Both the position numbers and the translations under genes were made by a program. The notes under the pieces are model-generated. The model ran no database searches. It saw only the letters and a program-made list of their open reading frames with translations, and was not told where the DNA came from. Shown piece by piece: positions 9,173 through 16,112 of a stretch of DNA of 17,804 nucleotides. Within the stretch, counting starts at the first letter, position 1. Every line of letters begins with the position of its first letter. Source of the DNA: Aquimarina litoralis (GTDB lineage Bacteria > Bacteroidota > Bacteroidia > Flavobacteriales > Flavobacteriaceae); contig NZ_WEKL01000007.1 in NCBI RefSeq assembly GCF_019295435.1, positions 127,212-145,015 of the forward strand, written 5' to 3'.

Positions 9173-10042
9173 TCAATGATAAAATTTCCAAACTCCGTTT
9201 TTACGGCCAATAATATCTTTAAACCCTATATTGGATTCATTTTCATTAGAAGTACAAAATAATGGACTGTCATCTGCTCTTGTTACTCTAAATAGTTTAC
9301 CATTTGCAATAGGAGTTAATTTGATGGAGATTGAATTAATATCATCAAATGTATTTTGATCAGTAAAAACCATTTTCAGACCTTCGGTCCATTGATTAAT
9401 GAGTTCTTGTTTGGAAGTTTCAGGTTTGGATAAGGCCTCATATCCTATAATGGGATCTGCAGCAGCAGCCATTTCTTCAACGTTGCTTTGTTGCATGGTT
9501 TTATAAAATGATTTTGCAAATGCAATAGCTTCTTTCTTACTACTTTCATTGGTGATTAGATCGGTTTCCATCCATGACCACTTTTGTCTGTTTGGAGATA
9601 GTTTTATCTTTTTATGAACAGGAGTGTCATCATTTTCAATTTCAATTTTCACTAATGTTTCTCCATTATTTTCTCCCGTAATATCACCTTTCTTATACCT
9701 TGCCAAGCGAATAGTTGCGGATCCTTTTTTAGACAAAGGATATACTGATAATGTATTGATATCTGGGATTGCATAAAAATTGGCAAAGGTAAAAGCATTA
9801 CCAGAGCCATCTTCATTCTTAATTAATAATTCGCAAACAGGAATATCGTTTAATCGTACCTTGACATTACTGCCTTTTTCACCATATATTTCCACACACA
9901 AAAACTTTTTTGTTTCTTCCTGATTTATGGATTTATCTACATGATTTTTATCTTGGGGAAATACGAAAGTGCTAAAACCAACTATCATTAAACATATAAG
10001 CTTTAGGTTACTACTTATGGTGGTTATATTTTTGGTTTTCAT
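9173..10042 (-). CDS. secreted hypothetical protein
   Basis: 289 aa with a signal peptide (LKLICLMIVGFSTFVFPQD). There is a 6-nt gap to the downstream TPR gene and a 3-nt gap to the upstream gene. Confidence 0.5.
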   Translation of the reverse strand: MKTKNITTISSNLKLICLMIVGFSTFVFPQDKNHVDKSINQEETKKFLCVEIYGEKGSNVKVRLNDIPVCELLIKNEDGSGNAFTFANFYAIPDINTLSVYPLSKKGSATIRLARYKKGDITGENNGETLVKIEIENDDTPVHKKIKLSPNRQKWSWMETDLITNESSKKEAIAFAKSFYKTMQQSNVEEMAAAADPIIGYEALSKPETSKQELINQWTEGLKMVFTDQNTFDDINSISIKLTPIANGKLFRVTRADDSPLFCTSNENESNIGFKDIIGRKNGVWKFYH

Positions 10043-10045
10043 TTT

Positions 10046-10702
10046 TCAGTTGGTTATTTCGATAAATTTTTCTTGATGCACAGTATCATCTGGTAGGATT
10101 GGAATTGGTTCATAATGACCATTTATAAATGAAATTATTTCTCCGGTTTTTTTATCTATTTCTTCTTCACTAAACACTCCACCTAAATAGGGTTCTCTTG
10201 AAGAAAAATATACTAAATAACTATTTTCTGTTTCTTTAATGATGGTAGGCGGATTTGGAATTCCAATATTGAAAATGTCTTTTTTAATACCATCTGGGTT
10301 CATGATGGAATGGATCGTCTGTAAGTCAGCTTTGTTAGGATAATAATAGGTAGTATTGGTTTCATCGTTACTTTTACTACTTTTAGAGATCGAACCTGAG
10401 GGTAGTTCTACAATGATATCGGAGTAGTAACTTGTGTTCTTGGGAAGATACATTACATTATATCCGAATTGTACTAATATTCTTTTATCACTAGCTTTTA
10501 CTAAAACAAAATGAAAATCTTTTTCTTGAAAAGATATGTTTTCTTTCTTCTTTAATTGATCTAAGGCTAGTACTATAATATGATTTTTTCCAGATGCAAT
10601 CAGCTGTTTTATTTCTTCAGTTGGGTTTATGTTTTGTGAATACATTTTGCAGAAACAACATAGGATTAATAAAAAAACTGGTTTCATTATAGATTTTTCC
10701 AC
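10046..10702 (-). CDS. secreted hypothetical protein
   Basis: 218 aa with a signal peptide (MKPVFLLILCCFCKMYSQ). The real start may be the internal Met at residue 6. It is the first gene of the tightly packed 10702->7014 operon. Confidence 0.5.
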   Translation of the reverse strand: MEKSIMKPVFLLILCCFCKMYSQNINPTEEIKQLIASGKNHIIVLALDQLKKKENISFQEKDFHFVLVKASDKRILVQFGYNVMYLPKNTSYYSDIIVELPSGSISKSSKSNDETNTTYYYPNKADLQTIHSIMNPDGIKKDIFNIGIPNPPTIIKETENSYLVYFSSREPYLGGVFSEEEIDKKTGEIISFINGHYEPIPILPDDTVHQEKFIEITN

Positions 10703-10725
10703 TTTATTGTTATTAGGAGTGTTTT

Positions 10726-10796
10726 GAAGATAGTAAATGACCCGATTTTCATCGGTATATTATCTAAATCTAATGTCATGGAATTGTTGATGTCCA
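10726..10796. other. 11-bp perfect inverted repeat (AATGACCCGAT … ATCGGGTCATT) spaced 49 nt, with nested 5-bp mini-hairpin CCGAT-TTTC-ATCGG
   Basis: Read directly from the sequence. It lies in the 125-bp gap between the end of the Zn-ribbon/SPFH cassette (10828) and the start of the downstream secreted-protein operon (10702). The left arm can pair either locally, in the mini-hairpin, or with the distal arm. Confidence 0.7.
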
Positions 10797-10827
10797 TCGG
10801 GTCATTCTCATCTAAAAACGAATTCTA

Positions 10828-11925
10828 CTAGAAATCGATATCGTCTCCTGCGCCAGCTGTTGCAAATTCTGCATTATATTTTTCCATTAGCTCTCCCATT
10901 TTTAGGGCAAGTCTTGTGTCAGTTGCCATTTTTGTTGTCCATTGTGAACCTACTGAACTCCAATCGGTAACACTAAGACCATATTCATTAAGAATAGAAG
11001 CTGCATCTTTTCCTTGTGTTGCTCCCATATTTTGGTGACACATAATCTTGATATATAGGTCAAAATCTTCCATTACATTGTCTAAAGGACTTCCATCTGT
11101 ACCAGTTGAAGAAGGTGTTTCATTAGTTTCGGTTGCTGCGAATTTACCAATGTTAGAGTTCATAAAAGCATCTCCGTATACTTTGGAAATAGCAAAGGTT
11201 GTATCTTGAGACATTCTAGCAGTCCATTCTGCAGAAACTTCATCCCAGATAGGCTTTTCCGTTTCTACAACTTTCAATACTTCTTCTAGATCCATTCCAC
11301 CTGCAATTTTAGCATTTGCAGCAGCCCAAGTCTCCATATCTATTCCCTTAATAGGATCTAATAATCCTCCAGCTTCAGCCGCTTCAATATGAGCATCCAT
11401 TTGAGCATCTAGTTTTGCTTTTTGTTCTTTCAGAAAATCATCTGCGGCATCATAAGCTTTTCCTTCTGCTTTTTCTATTTTTATTAAAGAAGATGCAACA
11501 TGATCTTTTAAAGAAAAATGGTTATTACTTTTAAAACCATACTGTGCTGCGGTTTCTTCAAAACTTTCACTGTTATTAATTTCATCTAATATTTCTCTTG
11601 CTCTATCAGTAGTTGTGTTCAGCTCTTCTGGATAACCAAGTGTTTGTAAACAAGCATTTAATTTTCTTTCCTCACCGTTAGCGAATTGATTAAGGTCAAC
11701 CCATCCTCCAGTAGTTCCGTCATTATTTTTACTATAACATAACCAAGGTTCAATATGTCCAATTAGATCTGGATTAATATCTGGCCAACTAAAATCTGCT
11801 GCCTCTTGCGTAGTATAGTCATAGCTGCTTTGTGAAGAGGATTGTTTATTTTTTATACCTAAAGCGATAGCTTTTTGCCCTTGTTCAGTTTTGTCGTGAT
11901 CTGTGAATTTATGTATGTTGCTCAT
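10828..11925 (-). CDS. hypothetical cytoplasmic protein with internal tandem ~45-aa repeat (W-x7-W-T-x-[RK]-M-x2-D-T…[KE]FA)
   Basis: 365 aa with no signal peptide. Residues ~225-262 (WDEVSAEWTARMSQDTTFAISKVYGDAFMNSNIGKFA) and ~322-355 (WSSVGSQWTTKMATDTRLALKMGELMEKYNAEFA) are clearly homologous to each other. It is D/E/A-rich, and its start is 27 nt after the SPFH gene's stop. Confidence 0.55.
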   Translation of the reverse strand: MSNIHKFTDHDKTEQGQKAIALGIKNKQSSSQSSYDYTTQEAADFSWPDINPDLIGHIEPWLCYSKNNDGTTGGWVDLNQFANGEERKLNACLQTLGYPEELNTTTDRAREILDEINNSESFEETAAQYGFKSNNHFSLKDHVASSLIKIEKAEGKAYDAADDFLKEQKAKLDAQMDAHIEAAEAGGLLDPIKGIDMETWAAANAKIAGGMDLEEVLKVVETEKPIWDEVSAEWTARMSQDTTFAISKVYGDAFMNSNIGKFAATETNETPSSTGTDGSPLDNVMEDFDLYIKIMCHQNMGATQGKDAASILNEYGLSVTDWSSVGSQWTTKMATDTRLALKMGELMEKYNAEFATAGAGDDIDF

Positions 11926-11952
11926 AATTTTTGATTTTAAATTTGTTTTAAA

Positions 11953-12999
11953 TTAAAACTGAGATAGAATCTCTTGCTTTTTTTGTTTGTATTCTTGTTC
12001 ATCAATGAGTCCAGCTTCAAACATCTTTTTTAACTTTTCTAGCTTTTGCATTGGATCATTAGGGTCTGAAGTAGATGCTGGTGGATTGTTTGGTTGTTGA
12101 TACTGTTGCTGTTGAGGAGGTTGTTGATTTTGACTATTCATCATATTTCCCATCATTTGTCCCATACCTAAACCTGCTCCCATCTGCATACCTAAATTTC
12201 CACCACCTTCGTTTTTTGCCATATTTTTTAGAGCTTCAAGCTGCTGATAATCTTGATAACTCACTCCAAGTTCTCTCATTGCTTGTGCCTCGGCACTCAT
12301 GTCAGCTATTCTACCAATTCTTGTTTTGGTTTCCTCATCAAAATTGGTTCCTTCTATTCTAAAATCTAACAGCTGAAATCCTAAATCATTGAAAATAGAT
12401 TCGCAAGAAGTTCTAGAGAACTCCGCAATCTCATTTCTATGTTTATCAATATCTATATAACTAAAAGATGCTTTAGCAAGAAAATCACTAATAGGCTGTG
12501 TAATTCTTGATAAGATTACCTTTTGTATAGCTCTTACTGGATAATAATCATCGCCAGCAATTACATTGGTAAAAAAATCAACCGCCTTTGTAATCTTAAA
12601 TGAGAAATTTCCAAAAGCACCCAATCCTACAGGAAAATTATATACTGGATCTTTATAAGTAATAGGAGAAGGTGTTCCCCAACGTATATTTTGCATTTCT
12701 GCTTTTCTATAAAAGTAAATCCCTACTTTATGAGCAGACTCAAACTTATACATGATATTTTTAATAGTTGTCCAGAAAGGAATATTGCCAGTTTTAAGGT
12801 CATAAAGTCCTTCTTCTTCAAAATAACCCTCAACTTTTCCTTCATATACAAAAAGACATCCTTGTCCTGGGCCTACAATAAGTTTTGAAGCATTTTTAAT
12901 TTCATCACCATCTTGTGTCCATTTTTCGAAAAGTGTATCAGGTTTAGGATTACTCCACTCAATTACAGAGCGCAGTTGGTTGCTAAATGAATTTGACAT
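11953..12999 (-). CDS. SPFH/Band-7-superfamily protein of the YdjI-like (Band_7_1, 'putative virion core protein') type with G/M/Q-rich linker and C-terminal SHOCT-like domain
   Basis: 348 aa. The N-terminus MSNSFSNQLRSVIEWSNP…LFEKW…LIVGPGQGCLFVYEGKVEGYFEEEGLYDLKTGNIPF matches the characteristic start of YdjI-type SPFH proteins as I remember it. Residues ~264-316 are low-complexity (GGGNLGMQMGAGLGMGQMMGNMMNSQNQQPPQQQQYQQPNNPP). The last 32 aa (DPMQKLEKLKKMFEAGLIDEQEYKQKKQEILSQF) fit the SHOCT short C-terminal bihelical motif. Confidence 0.7.
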   Translation of the reverse strand: MSNSFSNQLRSVIEWSNPKPDTLFEKWTQDGDEIKNASKLIVGPGQGCLFVYEGKVEGYFEEEGLYDLKTGNIPFWTTIKNIMYKFESAHKVGIYFYRKAEMQNIRWGTPSPITYKDPVYNFPVGLGAFGNFSFKITKAVDFFTNVIAGDDYYPVRAIQKVILSRITQPISDFLAKASFSYIDIDKHRNEIAEFSRTSCESIFNDLGFQLLDFRIEGTNFDEETKTRIGRIADMSAEAQAMRELGVSYQDYQQLEALKNMAKNEGGGNLGMQMGAGLGMGQMMGNMMNSQNQQPPQQQQYQQPNNPPASTSDPNDPMQKLEKLKKMFEAGLIDEQEYKQKKQEILSQF

Positions 13000-13018
13000 A
13001 TAATTTCTTTTTTAGTTA

Positions 13019-13783
13019 TCAATAATCGATTACGAATGACATTTTTGCGGTGAGATCCTTCTCATATCTTTCTTGATAATCAGGAATGATTTCAATTCGT
13101 TTTTTAAGAAAAGCTTCTATGTATTTGCGATATGGTATAAGTAATTCGTCTTTGCTAAAAATATCTCTATCTGCTAGATAGTTTTGAAACTTGAGGTTTT
13201 CATATTCCAAATGATGTTGAAGTGCAGCCTCTTCTCCTAATGCATTGATTGCAAAATGTTCTACATTTCTGGCTTTTGTTCCTGGCTCGAATGTGTTTAC
13301 CGTCTGGCAATAATCACAAGTAGCATAATAGGATCTGAAAAAATTGTCCTTCACTGGTAGTTTTGCTTGACACTGTGTACAAGAAAAATCTTTGGACAAA
13401 GTTTCTTTAACCTGAGTGACTAATTTTTTCGCTGCATCTGCAAAAATTCGTACTTCATATGATTTCAATTCTTGATGTAGTTCATGTTGTAATTGAAACC
13501 CTTTTGTGCGTTCTTGTACAAATTTTTTTGAGTCGTACTCTAAATCGAGATCTAAAAATGTCTCTTCTACTTTTTCAAACCAAGTATCTTCTATTTTAGA
13601 GGCAAGATCTCTAGCTTGAGAATAGATTCCTGTCCAAGCATTTAAGAAAGTTGTGGTTTCAAAGTCAGTAGCTTCAAATAATAAGGGTAAAGCCTCTTCT
13701 GTCTTACTTAGTACTTCGTGAAATCGATCTTTTATTTTACTTAGGAACGTATCCCATCTTTGTTGTGTAGCAATGAAAGACAT
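13019..13783 (-). CDS. hypothetical protein with central zinc-ribbon (CxxC-x17-CxxC)
   Basis: 254 aa with no signal peptide. It contains CTQCQAKLPVKDNFFRSYYATCDYCQ (Cys135/138/156/159). The flanks are predicted helical and acidic. There is a 19-nt gap to the SPFH gene and 25 nt to the upstream small Zn-ribbon gene. Confidence 0.55.
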   Translation of the reverse strand: MSFIATQQRWDTFLSKIKDRFHEVLSKTEEALPLLFEATDFETTTFLNAWTGIYSQARDLASKIEDTWFEKVEETFLDLDLEYDSKKFVQERTKGFQLQHELHQELKSYEVRIFADAAKKLVTQVKETLSKDFSCTQCQAKLPVKDNFFRSYYATCDYCQTVNTFEPGTKARNVEHFAINALGEEAALQHHLEYENLKFQNYLADRDIFSKDELLIPYRKYIEAFLKKRIEIIPDYQERYEKDLTAKMSFVIDY

Positions 13784-13808
13784 GATTTAGAGTTTTGTTT
13801 GTTAGGTT

Positions 13809-14009
13809 TTAATAGAATGGAGTTCCGCAGAAATCGCAATATCTAAGGTTGGTGTCACTTGGTCTTGCCGCTCCGCAACTTTTACATTTTTTGGTTTCAA
13901 GTCCTGCATTCGTTTCTTCAAATTTATTTGTAGAAGAAAGTGCATTACCTAAAATACTATCGAGAAGGTTCTTTTCTTCCTTTTTATTGTTGTCAGTTTT
14001 GTCCTTCAT
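13809..14009 (-). CDS. small zinc-ribbon protein
   Basis: 66 aa with a K/E-rich N-terminus. The C-terminus is CKSCGAARPSDTNLRYCDFCGTPFY (CxxC-x12-CxxC). It is the first gene of the cassette and is preceded by a 16-bp perfect hairpin. Confidence 0.5.
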   Translation of the reverse strand: MKDKTDNNKKEEKNLLDSILGNALSSTNKFEETNAGLETKKCKSCGAARPSDTNLRYCDFCGTPFY

Positions 14010-14063
14010 TTTTGTAAAGAGCTTTGAGTGGTTTGTAGAAAGAACTTGTGATTTTTATCAATG

Positions 14064-14116
14064 AGAGATAGTTATTTCTGTAATCTTATTGGTTAGTTTA
14101 AGAAATAACTATCTCT
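14064..14116. other. perfect 16-bp inverted repeat / stem-loop (AGAGATAGTTATTTCT … AGAAATAACTATCTCT) with 21-nt loop
   Basis: Read directly from the sequence. Positions 14064-14079 are the exact reverse complement of 14101-14116. The structure lies between the stop of the 229-aa gene (14137) and the start of the 66-aa Zn-ribbon gene (14009). On the + strand it is followed by a T-rich stretch (TTATTTTATAG). Confidence 0.8.
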
Positions 14117-14136
14117 ACTTATTTTATAGAAAAATC

Positions 14137-14826
14137 TTATTTGCTAAGACCTTCTTTTAAATCTTTAATAGTTTTAGCCATTACTACACCTGGAAGTTTT
14201 ACTGGAGCAGCTACCTCAGCTAAGAAAGTACCTTTTACTTCTCCTGTTTTATAAGTTGTAAAACCGATTCTATATAATCCCACAGTAAGTGCTTTTAAAG
14301 GATCATTTATATCACTTTTATATCTTAATAATGAGTTGTAGGTACTACCACTTGGTTGTTTTGGCATTTCTCCGCTGTCGTCATTACGCTCTAATATTAC
14401 CCAATTTGCACTATCTACAGCATCTTGGCTAATGTTTGCAGTACTGATAATGTCGGATCTTTCTAAAGTGATATAGGTATCAAAGTAATCACCAGACTTA
14501 GCATTCTTTGTATATGCTTCTGATTTTATAGGTTTTTTTACTTTAGCTTTTCCCACAGGAGACATCATTCTTACTCCAAGTTCTGGAGCTACAGCAGGTA
14601 CCCAAACATAAATGTAATAGAATTTTTTTCCGTCTTTTACTTCATCTTCATTTCCTGGAGCAGCATATCCTAGATAAGATACTACATCTGTATATGGAAC
14701 CTTGATAGTTTTCGGACCTATCTTTTTCTCAATAGAGCTTCCGAATTTTTTTAGTTTTTGTGCTTGTAAGGTTGATGTAGTTCCAAGAACAATAATGCTT
14801 AAAAGAAATAAAATTTTTGTTTTCAT
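14137..14826 (-). CDS. secreted hypothetical protein
   Basis: 229 aa with a signal peptide (ILFLLSIIVLGTTSTLQAQ). There is a 32-nt gap to the upstream Zn-ribbon membrane protein gene. Confidence 0.5.
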   Translation of the reverse strand: MKTKILFLLSIIVLGTTSTLQAQKLKKFGSSIEKKIGPKTIKVPYTDVVSYLGYAAPGNEDEVKDGKKFYYIYVWVPAVAPELGVRMMSPVGKAKVKKPIKSEAYTKNAKSGDYFDTYITLERSDIISTANISQDAVDSANWVILERNDDSGEMPKQPSGSTYNSLLRYKSDINDPLKALTVGLYRIGFTTYKTGEVKGTFLAEVAAPVKLPGVVMAKTIKDLKEGLSK

Positions 14827-14858
14827 AATTTAAAAATTTGAGTGATTTGATAATTTAT

Positions 14859-15200
14859 TTAGTTAAAAAAAGGTAGTACTGTGATTAGTACTATTAGTAA
14901 TAAAAAAATGATTGTACCCGTGAAATGATACCACGGAATTCTTACTTCATTTTTTTCGAAGTTTTCAAAACTTGAAATTAGTTTTTCGCTTGTTAATTCA
15001 TGCTTTTCGAAAGCACCTTTGCAATGACTACATACAGCATATACTTTTTTGCCGATAGGAAATAATGGGATCCAAAATACATGGAAATACTTTCTATATC
15101 CTTGAATCCACATTTGATTTTCTGTTTTGCAATAAGGGCAGTAACCTCCATCGAGTTTAGCAGGATGGATTGTAGAACTACTTGTTCCGAATATGATCAT
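14859..15200 (-). CDS. zinc-ribbon protein with C-terminal transmembrane anchor
   Basis: 113 aa. It contains CPYCKTEN…(x32)…CSHCKGAF (two CxxC pairs) and ends in a hydrophobic helix (TIIFLLLIVLITVLPFF). Confidence 0.55.
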   Translation of the reverse strand: MIIFGTSSSTIHPAKLDGGYCPYCKTENQMWIQGYRKYFHVFWIPLFPIGKKVYAVCSHCKGAFEKHELTSEKLISSFENFEKNEVRIPWYHFTGTIIFLLLIVLITVLPFFN

Positions 15201-15249
15201 TACGATTTATGTTAGCGATTAAACGGTTTTTAAGAGTGTTGCTTGATTA

Positions 15250-15300
15250 GAATGGGAGAGAGAATACAACCTGGTTACAAGTTCATTTCTCTCTCCATTC
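15250..15300. other. GA/TC-rich near-perfect 14-15-bp inverted repeat (GAATGGGAGAGAGAA … TTCTCTCTCCATTC), 22-nt loop
   Basis: Read directly from the sequence. The arms are complementary except for one bulged G. It lies in the 117-bp gap between the 4-TM membrane protein gene and the Zn-ribbon membrane protein gene. Confidence 0.75.
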
Positions 15301-15317
15301 TTCAACTAACTAACATA

Positions 15318-15740
15318 TTACGTGAAGAAAAGGAATGACGCTACAATCATCCATCCTCCAACGATAAGTCCAAAGAGCCCTAGTTTTCCTTGCTTAGGAG
15401 CTAGCTTTGCTCGTAATTCGTTTGCTTTTTCTTTTGCTGCTTCATTTTTTGATAAGAAGAACTTATTGATAAGTCCGAAACCTAACATAAATCCAAGTGC
15501 AGCAGAAATGATATTACCTGCTAATAGAGTTACCCACCAGATTGGATAGGTTGTAAGCCAACCTAAGTTTAAAATTGCTGAAATAATTCCCCAGATACCC
15601 CAAAAACAAAATACAAAACCAATCCATCCTTGGTAAGGTTCGATTTTTTCTAAAAGTTCTTTTGCATTAGGCTTTTTGGAAAGTAATAATGATGGCACTG
15701 CTAAAATGCTTAATAAAATTAATGAGATTCCCCAGATCAT
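15318..15740 (-). CDS. small integral membrane protein (about 4 TM helices)
   Basis: 140 aa. There are four hydrophobic segments ([16 protein letters not shown]; [19 protein letters not shown]; [24 protein letters not shown]; [20 protein letters not shown]) with a K/E-rich cytoplasmic loop. Confidence 0.55.
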   Translation of the reverse strand: MIWGISLILLSILAVPSLLLSKKPNAKELLEKIEPYQGWIGFVFCFWGIWGIISAILNLGWLTTYPIWWVTLLAGNIISAALGFMLGFGLINKFFLSKNEAAKEKANELRAKLAPKQGKLGLFGLIVGGWMIVASFLFFT

Positions 15741-15842
15741 ATCTTAATGGTTTTATAGGGTTAGTAATTAGTTTAATTTTTAGAATTTGATTAGTTGTTT
15801 ATCAAAAACTACAGTACAAAGATGCTATTTAAACAAGCCCTT

Positions 15843-15899
15843 AGAAACACCTTTTCTGGTGAAAATGACTACCCTGAAAACAGGGAGGATGGTTTTTTT
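15843..15899. repeat. copy A of a ~55-nt intergenic motif AGAAACAC-YTTTTCTG(G)TGAAA…TACCCTGAAAACAGGG containing hairpin CCCTG-AAAA-CAGGG
   Basis: Read directly from the sequence. It lies ~100-160 nt upstream of the start of the 140-aa membrane protein gene. It shares ~45 of 55 positions with copy B. The flanking AAAACTACAGT at 15805-15815 also recurs next to copy B, as AAAACTACGGT. Confidence 0.6.
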
Positions 15900-16112
15900 G
15901 TTGATAACATATTTTGGCTTAATTATCTGGCTTTTAGTTGTTTAAAAATTATTTTTTAAAGCTGTAAATTAGATGTCTGATAGCTATTGATATCCATGCT
16001 AAACTATTAGAATGGGCTAATAAAGAAGAATCTATTGGCTTTGTAATCTTTTAGCCTTGATGAAATAAACAAAATGTGCTTTGCCTTTTAAGAACAAAAA
16101 ATAATTATGGAA

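Noticed and set aside
12075-12362. 95-aa plus-strand ORF
   Set aside because: It lies opposite the low-complexity CAA/CAG-rich region of the SPFH gene. The low-complexity DNA generates a long open frame by chance.
12691-12888. 65-aa plus-strand ORF
   Set aside because: It is antisense within the SPFH domain coding region and is likely spurious.
13849-14064. 71-aa plus-strand ORF
   Set aside because: It is antisense to the 66-aa Zn-ribbon gene and runs into the 16-bp hairpin. It is more plausibly non-coding. The hairpin followed by a T-rich tract could at most act as a + strand terminator.
15322-15549. 75-aa plus-strand ORF
   Set aside because: It is antisense within the 4-TM membrane protein gene and is likely spurious.
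15872-15899. CCCTG-AAAA-CAGGG hairpin followed by T7 as a rho-independent terminator
   Set aside because: The T-tract is 7 nt away from the stem and the stem is only 5 bp. The element also recurs upstream of, not downstream of, genes on the transcribed strand. I therefore treat it as part of a repeated motif, not a terminator.
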